This document shows positions 53,786 to 64,000 of a stretch of DNA of 64,000 bases, one piece after another (the stretch's first letter is position 1; each line of letters starts with the position of its first letter). Position numbers and translations under genes: made by a program. This stretch comes from Octopus sinensis. Lineage: Eukaryota. The stretch lies in contig NC_042999.1 of the NCBI RefSeq assembly GCF_006345805.1, forward strand, positions 28,954,001-29,018,000. The letters are read 5' to 3'. The notes under the pieces are model-generated. The model searched no databases and was not told the origin of the DNA. It was given only the letters and a program-made list of their open reading frames with translations.

Positions 53786-53935
53786 TTATTTACATTATTT
53801 ACAATTGATAGATATTTGTCCTCATCTTGTTTGTTGTTGATACAACGTTTCGGCTGATATACACTCCAGCGTTCATCAGGTGTCTTTGGGAAATTTTGAA
53901 CATGAGTTCTCATTCCTAAGGCAGTTTTCGATGTT
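53786..53935 (-). mobile_element. Family C HHR repeat copy (HHR at 53839-53884)
   Basis: gacac CTGATGA a cgctg...cagcc GAAAC GTT gtatc; core intact, one mismatch each in stems I and II. Confidence 0.85.
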
Positions 53936-53962
53936 GTTGTTGTTGTTGTTGTTCTTCTTCTT

Positions 53963-53993
<31 letters not shown>

Positions 53994-54136
53994 TTGTTGT
54001 TGTTGTTGTTGTTGTTTTTGTTATTATTGTTATTGTTGTTGTTTTTGTTGTTGTTGTTGTTGTTGCTGTTGTTGTTACTATTATTATTAATATTATTTTT
54101 AATCGAATTCGGAATAATAATAATAACAACAACAAC

Positions 54137-54290
54137 AACATCGAAAAATACCTTAGGAAGGAGAAACCAGGTTCGAAATTTCCCTAAGACACCTGATAAA
54201 GGCTGGAGGGTATATCAGCCGAAACGTTGTGTCAACAACAAACAAGATGAATACGAATATCCGTCAATAGTAAATAATATAAATAATGTA
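54137..54290 (+). mobile_element. Family C HHR repeat copy (HHR at 54188-54233)
   Basis: gacac CTGATAA a ggctg gagggtatat cagcc GAAAC GTT gtgtc; perfect stems I and II, G8A core change. Confidence 0.85.
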
Positions 54291-55455
54291 CACAATTCCT
54301 CATATTTTAAATATAGAAGTGTATGAAATATTTCTTTCACTAAAAAAAAAATTCCAATTAAATGTCACTTTTAACTCCCGTCATCATTCGTATTGTGCCC
54401 TAGCACTAATCAGTATACATAATACTTCTTCCATAGATGTCATCATCCGGAACATCTACCTGTCAACATCCTACAGTGATTGAAGAATAAAGTCGACAAT
54501 AGCAATTTCAACGGTCATGAAGTGGATACAAATATCATTTAATGAAGCGCTTCCATTAAATTAACGCACCTGTCTGGCTCCGTACGCATTGTAAGCTGAC
54601 AATGTTAAAATATTAATAGATGTTTGTTCTTAATCGGACAATATAATAAATCTGAAATTCTTTATTCTGCCCTCGGGCATTTTTGCGACACGTTTGTATT
54701 ACGTTGCAACATGTCAAAAATGTTGGTTAAAAAACGTAATTAAATATCGAAAAGAAGGGGGAACGCGTATTTTAATTCATGTGCTTTAACCAAAGTTAGT
54801 TTCTTCTATATTCATAACTTTCAATCCTCACCAGTGCAATCTACACAATTCTGAATAGAAACGGCTCTTTGGTATGATAATTGATCCTAAGTTTTTCCTC
54901 AATGTTCATTCTCATTCATATTATTCTGCATAGACGTGCACCCTCCCATTTATTCTCAGGCTGAAAGAGTGTCACACGTCGATCTTTTTATTATCATGCA
55001 TAAACTATCTGCAGTTGGCCTACGCATGTTCCATGTAACCAATTTTACAATGCTTGGTTCCACCAGAAGGTATTGTAGCAGATAACACTTAAAAGATATG
55101 CAGTGAGAGTGTAACTGAGCCTCATGATTTCATCTCGTCAACCACATCTACACACATACTCGGTAGAGCATATAGCAATTAAAGTGCTTTTCAATATATG
55201 ACCCCCGTCAATCTCACACTATTGCACCAGTATAATATTTCATATGATACGCGCCAAAACTTGATCGTATATACAACTGATTATCTTGCGAAAAAAAGCC
55301 CTTGAATACTTGGATTCTCTTACAACTAGAACATTGGACAGTGCAGTTATTTATAATACTAAGTTTCATAAAAGAATATGACCCTGCATTATCGGGTAAA
55401 ATGTATTAATTATAAATTAATAATGCTTTTATCCTATATCATGGTATATATATAT

Positions 55456-55524
<69 letters not shown>

Positions 55525-55528
<4 letters not shown>

Positions 55529-56398
55529 GTACAAGGGATAAATATGTATTTACATTCGGTTGTGTAAATTTTGGAAGTGTTAGTTGGATATCTATTACAC
55601 TATGTCGCTCGATGATGTGCATATTTACTCCTAGTACTTCCAAATTTTATATTGGAAATGCTACACCGATAATGAGAAATGAGCAATTAAACTCTTTACT
55701 CTCCAAACGCGCCTGTGTCTAATTAAAATCGTGTTGATTCATTATTTTTTCTCTTTGCCTATGTAAAAATGTGTGTTACTCTCTGGGAGATTCTTACGGT
55801 AGTAAAAAAGGAATTTTTAAAATCCTACTTCTAAATTCGGTACGTGGTGAAGCAATCAGCTGACCCCTATTTTGATTATGTTTCTAATTATAGATTATTT
55901 GTATGATTTTACCTAAAAAGATTATTTTAACGTACCGATCTACTTGGTAAAATAGTTAATTCCTTGATTGATTAATGAATTAATTTTACTATTTTATTAT
56001 TAACTTGAAATTATAAGTTACTCCCTTAAAGAATACTGCAGTTTCCTGCGGTACTGCTCGTAACTTACACATGAGTACAAGTGATAATCATGCATTCACA
56101 TTTGGCTGTGTAAATTTTGGAAGTGCTGGTTGGATATCTGTTGCACGATGTCGTTCGATCGTGTGCATATTTAACCCCATGACTTTCAAATTTTATCCTG
56201 GAAATGCAACACTGATGATAACAAGTAAGTAATTAAACACTTTAATCTCGAAACGCGTCTGTGGATAATGTGAGACATATTGATTCGGTATTTTTCTCAT
56301 TGCCTACGTAAAACAGTGTGTTACAGTATGGGAGATTTCAACTCCTATTTCTAAATTCGGTATGTGGTGAAGCAATTAGCTGAAACCTAATTTTGTTT
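55525..56398. repeat. Diverged local direct duplication (55525-55885 vs 56071-56398)
   Basis: First 198 nt align without gaps, with about 38 substitutions counted by eye; a small deletion lies further 3' in copy 2. Confidence 0.85.
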
Positions 56399-56410
56399 AT
56401 AGTTATAGAT

Positions 56411-56447
<37 letters not shown>

Positions 56448-57188
56448 ATGTGTGTGTGTGTGTGTGTGTGTATGTGTGTATGTGTGTCCTGTACTATGAC
56501 ACGATAACACTAGGGCGTTTGGCTAATATTTCCTAGATATATAGCAACAAAATAGATTCTTTGTAACCTCATTCTGAAACAGTCGAATCCTAGGGTTTTG
56601 ATGCAGTAAATCTTACGACTATTGATTTATCCTTTACGATATATCGTCGATTTTTACTGTTATGTAAATTGTTACTTATAAACATTGCACTCTCAGTGTA
56701 TGTCTATTTGGATACTGTGTTCACTACTTGCTGCTACAAGCCTGCCGTTTGCTCCCAAACACAATAACATACGGAGTTTCAGATGCTGCTCACGTCAGAC
56801 CATATGATGAATGTATACATTCAATACTTTACTACGAGGAGTATTTTGTTTGACAGCCATCTACCAATATAATCTGAGACAAAGTTACTTTAATATATTC
56901 AAACATACATATACATCGCTACACTGCTACACTATAAGGAATCCAGTTGACATGATGGCAACATAGATCAAATCAAATTTCGTTTTGACATTGCAAGAAT
57001 AAATTCTATTTCAAGAAACGCAGTACATGACAGGCACCCGTCAAGTTTTTGGCATGATATTTGCCCATCAACGTTCCTGAATTAATCTTATGCAAAGTAA
57101 AACGTTCAGAAACGCCGATATGATAGACATGAATATACATGTATACATATGTATGTGTGTACATATATAAATATAAATATATATATAT

Positions 57189-57277
<89 letters not shown>

Positions 57278-57278
<1 letters not shown>

Positions 57279-57671
57279 ATTAATTAATAAGGGTGAGAGA
57301 ATTAGATACTAATTTAATAGTATATTTATTCAACACCAAGTGGCCTAGTGCTACGAGAAACCTGGATTATTATAATATTTTATAACATATTACAATATTT
57401 TTACAAAATAAATATAAGAGAGTGGTCACTATATTGCTCACTCTAGCACCAGTTAATCCAAAAGGTTTCAACCATTTTTTGTAAGTAATATTACATTTAA
57501 TTCATTAATAGCGAAACAATTGTCCCAAATAATCTGTATTTTGTTATTTTTATTTGCCCTGTCCGTGTGAGCTAACAGTCGTACTGGCTTTCATGGGAAC
57601 ATGTATTTTCGTGGTTGAAAACTTTTGGATTAACTGGTGCTAGAGTGAGCAATATAGTGACCACTCTCTTA

Positions 57672-57680
<9 letters not shown>
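57278..57680. mobile_element. TA-flanked fold-back repeat with a half hammerhead motif
   Basis: 69-bp inverted arms at 57406-57474 and 57612-57680 (1 mismatch); spacer contains taatagc GAAAC AATT GTC ccaa at about 57506-57528. Confidence 0.7.
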
Positions 57681-57717
<37 letters not shown>

Positions 57718-57799
57718 CATATATAATACATAATACATACATATATATTAATACACATATATATATATATAACATGGATATATGTATATATATATATAT

Positions 57800-57862
<63 letters not shown>

Positions 57863-58349
57863 AGTAACTACACCCCCTCGAAAGGTAAGAATAAAACACT
57901 TGATGATTTCTGTGACACATATCAAATACCCATATCAACATATGCACAACAAAAACACAAACCAAACTTCAGCAAAAAAGAATGGGCTGAGTTGAACAAA
58001 TTAAAACTAGATAAAACAATAACAATCAAAGAGGCCGATAAAGGGAGTGCTGTTGTCTTAATGGATACGACATTTTACATAACTTTGGTACTTTCTATGC
58101 TGGAAGACACAACATACTATGAAAAGGCACAAAACTACAGTCAACAAAAAATAATGAGGGAACTAAAATCCATATTAAACCCATACAAAGCAGGGCTAAC
58201 CGACAAAGAATATGATATATGACCAATTTCACAAGTAAAACTAGCCAATTCTACGGTATACCTAAGATCCACAAAAGTGAAAAAATAAGCAACGCATGCA
58301 AGATAGCTACAGACAAAATAATTAAAGTCCCTAATCCTAATGACCTCAA

Positions 58350-59666
58350 ATGAGACCCATAATAGCAGGTCCCGCATGCGAACCCCACCGCCTCAGTAAC
58401 TTTTTAGACACCCTGTTAAAACCACTCCTCAAACATGTCAAAAGCTATATAAGGGACAACTTAGATATGCTCAATCACCTACCGAATACTATAAACAAAA
58501 ACACCATACTGGTATCCTTCGATGTAGTCAACCTCTACTCCAATATCCCCCACAACCTAGGACTAGAGGCAATCCAATTCTGGCTAGAGAATCACGCCAA
58601 CGAACTACCACACAGCCTCAAAAAAGAATTTGTGATAGAAGGGGTTAAATTCATCCTGGAAAATAACTTCTTCGCCTTCAATGACAACTTCTACGACAAA
58701 AAATCGGGGACTGCGATGGGTACACGAATGGCCCCCTCCTTTGCCAACCTAGTCATAGGATACCTAGAGATCAGTCTGTATCGTAAGGTTCTAGAAAGAT
58801 ATGGCAGCCCTTTCTCCATCTACATAGAAAACAACTGGAAGAGATATCTAGATGACTGTTTCATCCTTTGGCATAAAAATATAGAAAAACTCATAGAATT
58901 CCAGAAAATTTTAAACGGACTGGACGTAAACATCCAATTCACGATGGAATATAGCCAACAACAACTCCCCTTCCTCGATATCCTCATTAAGAAAGCTAAT
59001 AATATAATAGAAACAGACATATACTATAAGCCTACAGACTCTAAGCAATATCTTCCATTCAATTCATGCCACCCCAGACACACCAGGATGAATCCCCATC
59101 TCAATCTAGCAAAAAAGATATGCACTATAGTCTCTAACGCAAACACCAGAGACACACGACTACAAGAACTAAAAGATACCCTAATCACCAGGAACTATCC
59201 ACCTTCACTTATTGACAAATGCATTCAACGTGCCCTTCAACTTAACATCAAGGAACTGAGACATCCCAAATCAAAGAAAAACTTACAACCAAAAGCCTTA
59301 CCATACATCTCCACACACAACCCTCTCAATAACGAAGCCTTCGACACCATCCTCCACAACATACCCCTCCTAAAAAAAGACCACAGAATGAACACAATCC
59401 TCCAACACACACGATCAATAAAAAGCAAAAGACAGCCTAGATCCATGAAAAGTCTCCTTACACAAGCCCGAATTCACTCTTCAACACAGAAGCCGACAGT
59501 AAAAAAATGTGGAAGACCCAATTGCGGGATATGCGACTATCTAATCGAGGGTTCTGAGTTCTCCTTCAAACAGGGACAACGTTTTACAGTGAAAAGCAAC
59601 TTCACATGTGCTTCGGAGAACCTAATATACTCACTAACCTGCTCCGGGTTCAAGAGCAGTACATAG
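58350..59666 (+). pseudogene. Longest open segment of the PLE reverse transcriptase/endonuclease ORF
   Basis: 438-aa open frame with RT motifs (YLDD) running to the start of GIY-YIG; broken by frameshifts on both sides. Confidence 0.9.
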
Positions 59667-59989
59667 GCCAAACAAAAATGGTTTGCGTAAACGAATGGCC
59701 CTGCACAGATCCCAGATAAAAATTCCCCAAAACAGAAAAATAGCTTTTAGCCAACACATAGATACTTGCGCCAACAAAAAAAAACAAACACCAATTCAGA
59801 ATTTTCCCCCTCTACCAATTTAGGGACGATACAACCTCGAGACAACGAATAAGTAAAGAAAATCTCTTTATTACAAAATACAAGCCACTTCTTAACGGGT
59901 CTACGACAAACAATTAATATACCTCAACTTTAGAATAAAAGAAAAAAATATATTACACACACAAATACTACACTCAATAGAATCCATAC

Positions 59990-60290
59990 TAATCAGCCCC
60001 TTCATAGCTATATTTACATTCATATTCTCCCTTCTCTGTTTTTTCTTCTTCTTCTTCTTCCTCTTCTTCTTCATCATCATCGTTATCATCATCATCGGCA
60101 TCATCATCATCGCCACCATCATCACCACCATCTTCTCCTTCTCCTCCTTCTTCTTCTTCTTCTTCTTCATCATCATCGTTATCATCATCATCGTCGTCAT
60201 AATCATCACCACCATCACCATCATCGTCATCTTCTCCTTCTCCTTCTCCTTCTTCTTCTTCTTCTTCTTCTTCTTCTTCTTCTCCACCCC
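59990..60290. repeat. (CTT)n/(CAT)n compound repeat within the PLE 3' region
   Basis: Directly visible. Confidence 0.9.
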
Positions 60291-60638
60291 CTACCCCTTA
60301 AGTTTGTCACTAATGTTTTTTAGTATAACACCTACGCTAATTCTATAAAGAAGCCTGTCAATATAAATATTCTCCTGAATTGAACTGAGACTGCCAGCCG
60401 CCACTGACCATTCAAAATACGACCATCAGGGCACTCCCAGATTCTCCCACCCCCCTTCCTCCTCACCAGCCTTCTCTCTACTACCCTACCAAGAGCTCAC
60501 AACTACCTCGAACACACAAGTGCAAACAAGGGAGTCAGAGAAAGGCAGAATGCCACTTAAATCTGAACACTACTATAGAAATATTCTTTTAAAAAAACTT
60601 TTCTTCTAATTTTTCTAAATTTAATTATTTAATCGTTA

Positions 60639-60676
60639 CAGTTGAAAAGGTCTCAAAATGACCGAAACCGGTACTG
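60639..60676 (+). ncRNA. Minimal hammerhead ribozyme with U3:A8 core variant in the PLE 3' end
   Basis: cag TTGAAAA ggtc tcaaaat gacc GAAAC CG GTA ctg: perfect stem II, palindromic ACCGGT stem III, GUA site. Confidence 0.7.
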
Positions 60677-60725
60677 AAATGTTCACTATAAAATTATTTT
60701 AGCATTTTCTATTTTTTACTTGTTT

Positions 60726-60763
<38 letters not shown>

Positions 60764-62880
60764 TATTTATACTTATGTCGGCATCTTGGAGATTTTTTTG
60801 TGTGGGAACATTTTAATAATGGAAGGAAATATGCTGCATAAGACATTTCTGTTGTTATATTGCATCAGGTCCACTCAGAATTTAAAGCAGTTTGATGAAA
60901 AGTAATCAAGCCAAGTCAACCCAATCGCTTATATTTCTTTCATAAATTATCACTCCCAGGCATAAATATTTACTATGTCCATTCTGAAGACGGGATTCAT
61001 ATAATGCGGTTTTCCTCATCCAACATGTAAGGTATGTAGGCATGTTAGAAGCAAGTAAATGGCATTCAGCTATATAAAACTGTTAGAAGACTCTTGATGA
61101 AAATATTTAGACTGGACCTCGTAAAGACTGACAACGGATATAACATATAAGTATTATAAATACGCTGTTGATTTTGAATACCAGAGCAGATTTTACACTT
61201 ATACAAACAGCTATCACTCCTAGAAGCATAATCTATGTTATCATTTAGTAAACGCTACTTTTAAAAGAGAAAAACAACTGGCTTCACTTTTACGAGTTGA
61301 TAAAGATGAAAATGCAACAATGATAACTTCGTCTTGCTGTTGTGCTTACATGTATACTGAGAAGTAATACGTAAGAAATACTTTTATATTCTAAAGTGTT
61401 AAACACTCTAAACTGAAGCTGCACATAATCACATGTGTCTCTTGGATGTTGTGTGTTATTTTTTTGCCATCGAGAAACGGAAAGGGAAATTCCGAAGGAA
61501 TTTGTATCGTTCTTCTACCGTATTAACGTCCTCAAGATACATCAGAAAACAAACTTGATCTGTAAATAGGAGATACAGAAAAGAGCCCAGGCTGGTTTTC
61601 GAACCTCGGTAATATATTTAGATGTGGGATTTATTTTGGAGTACCAATTGTGAAAACGGCCGTCAGTTATAAACATGAGACGTTCACAAATTAGTTAGAT
61701 TTGCGCAATGTAAAATAATTGATAGGGAAAAATTGCACGATACAGGAAACTTTCAGAAAATATACAAGATAATTCCATAAGGAGAAAAGCTATGATTTCA
61801 ACCAGACTAACAATTTATTGCTGTTAGTAACATTCGTGGTGATATTTAGTGCATTTATATTATTTACAGTGTATTTTACAGTAAAGTTGCAAATGTTTGT
61901 ATATGTGGCAATATATCTCAATACGGAAGGAATAATAATTGATTTTTATCAGTGGTATTTTCCTTTGCCTCAACAAAACAATTATCACAAATGTCTATAG
62001 AATCGCCAGTAAAACGAAGTAAACAAACGCACTCAATCAAATTCTCTAGAATTGTGACAGATACTTAAGACTGATTGAGAGATTTAACTTAGAAAAGATT
62101 GCAGAGAATGATAAATAAATTATAAATTGCGATTTTGTCGAGACAAATGGGATATCTCTTATATATAATGATATATTCACAGAAGCAAGAAGTGCCAGCA
62201 GACTTATTCGGTATCATGCGATCTTATTCGGATGTACAAAGTCATATACACATACACTGTAGCAGTTACATCAATCAGCAGATACACTTTGTAATTCATA
62301 TATATGCGGACACGTGAGATCATGAGCTTACGTGTATGTATTGTATCCATGTATTTATGCATGTAAACTATCTATATACGCATGTATGCAACGTACATGC
62401 GTAAGTGCTGGATGAAGTAATGTCAATATGTTACATAGCCACTGGTGTAACACATATTGCCTAATGCAAATTGTAATCACATACGTTCATTTGTGAAAAT
62501 ACACATCACTCTGGTTAAATGTAATTTATGGTAAGATAATTAACTCAGTGTGAGTTGATGTGCGCGTGGGTGTGTACATATATATATATAATACAATGAG
62601 CTGAGGTTCACTACAGCTGTTTGAGACGTGTTTATTTATTTATTTATTATTATTATTTTGATGGGCAAATGAACAATATCACGTAAAAACTCCTTTTCCT
62701 TCCGGTGAATTACAATTAAAAAAATATCATTTACGATTTTTCGCACAACGTTAGCAACCAGCACCAGATAGTGAGACTACTTGTGTTTCAAGAGCACATA
62801 TCAACTTCAAATCAATAACCATTAGCAACCGAAATGTAGGCAATTTCAATACAAAATTAGATATCCTACGTTCAAGAGTT

Positions 62881-63048
62881 TCGGCACCAGTGAGGTCGCA
62901 AATCATTTCTAGAGCTGAATCAACTGGAGCAACTTGAAATAAATTGACTTATTCAAGAATACAACACATGACCCCGTCCGGCCGGGAAGGAACTCACTAC
63001 CTCACGATTGTGAGCCCGTCGCTCTAGCCACTGAGCCCTGCGCCTTCA
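62881..63048 (-). mobile_element. tRNA-derived SINE 5' part (family of 39751)
   Basis: Minus head tgaaggcgcagggctcagtggctagagcg; body matches 39940-40090. Confidence 0.75.
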
Positions 63049-63081
63049 TAGCGATATACTCATACAAGCCCACAGACACTC

Positions 63082-63129
<48 letters not shown>

Positions 63130-63928
63130 GGTAAACAGTAAAATTAATTACAGACATGGACAAGAACATGAAACACCACAGAGACGACACAAGAACCACA
63201 GGACGGGACATTCGAAGCCCTCAGTCATCAGTCAAGAACCAGATCATCTTAGCAATTTCGGCTGATTAATCTTGAGATTGCTCCGATATGGCCAGCCCGC
63301 CAAGGGAAATCTAAGCCAAGCGCATTAGATCCCCTGGAAGAAAGCTTCGAATGTATACAACAGGACGGAAAACGATCGAAGTACACAAACAAAAATACAG
63401 AATACGTGACACCAATAAGAATACAAAAACGTAAAAACAATAACGGTAAAAATAAAAAATAAACAACAAAACAAAACCAGGACGTAGGACAAGGGTCTTT
63501 CGACAGGACGATTTGAGTATGGGGCTGGCTTGTGAAGTTGTGCCTAAAGGCCACGGGGAGACGAACAAATACGTGTTGCTTCTGCGGCTGCTGAAAACGA
63601 AAAGAGCGCTCAACAGCGGCTAGCTGTCACGTGAGAACAAAAGACAGGAGAAAGGGACAGATGAAAAGGGAGAGAAGGTGGACGAGGGAGGAGAAGAAAG
63701 AGACAGATCGAGGGGGCTGGAGGTGAGAGAGATAGAGAAACGTAGAAAGGGGGGGGGACGGATGGAGAGGGAAAGAAAGGAAGTGGAATAAGGGAGGAGA
63801 GAGAGAGAGAGAAAAAGAGACAGATTAATACATATATATATATATAAATATATATATATACATATATATATAAACATATATATATACATATATATATAAA
63901 CATATATATATATATATATATATATATA

Positions 63929-64000
63929 GGCGCAGGAGTGGCTGTGTGGTAAGTAGCTTACTAACAAACCACATAGTTCCGGGTTCAGTCCCACTGCGTG
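63929..64000 (+). mobile_element. tRNA-derived SINE head running off the window
   Basis: ggcgcaggagtggctgtgtggtaag...ccgggttcagtcccactgcgtg with box A and box B-like motifs, preceded by (TA)n. Confidence 0.8.

Larger units (their letters stand above)
57861..60729 (+). mobile_element. Penelope-like element, 5'-truncated, RT + GIY-YIG + 3' pLTR
   Basis: TIKEADKGSAVV, FYGIPKIHK, RPII, SFDVVNLYSNIP, GTAMGTRMAPSFANL, RYLDD, LIYSLTC...YIGQT; (TA)n at both ends; frameshifts near 58220, 58350 and 59650. Confidence 0.95.

Noticed and set aside
55525-55820. GPCR-like reading of the duplicated segment (CRS as DRY-like, AYVKM as TM5-like)
   Set aside because: Spacing and hydrophobicity do not fit TM3-TM5, and the two parts are in different frames.
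63200-63320. CTGATGA and cagccGAAAT motifs on the minus strand of the TA-flanked repeat at about 63130-63630
   Set aside because: The motifs are in the wrong order and spacing and no stem I or III can be drawn; repeat identity left uncalled.

Overview
AT-rich, microsatellite-dense animal genomic DNA. The repeat families look like those of Octopus (coleoid cephalopod); this is inference from recalled SINE and repeat sequences, not a database hit. No host gene can be called with confidence; there are only a few candidate small exons, mostly on the minus strand. Most ORF-track entries are (TA)n/(TG)n/(TAA)n artefacts or antisense shadows of transposons. Recognisable content is almost all mobile DNA: Tc1/mariner, piggyBac and hAT remnants, a Helentron-type short element, several tRNA-derived SINE families, L1/Tx1-, CR1- and HERO-like LINE fragments, three R4/Dong-clade elements in a (TAA)n array, and Penelope-like elements (PLEs), including a 2.9 kb RT + GIY-YIG copy. 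The most notable signal is a set of about ten minimal type-I hammerhead ribozyme (HHR) motifs from at least five unrelated repeat families. They occur in PLE 3' ends, in (TA)n-flanked fold-back palindromes (one with two opposing near-intact HHRs), and in an apparent tRNA-headed SINE carrying an HHR module. Two have unusual catalytic cores: a compensatory U3:A8 pair, and A6U.
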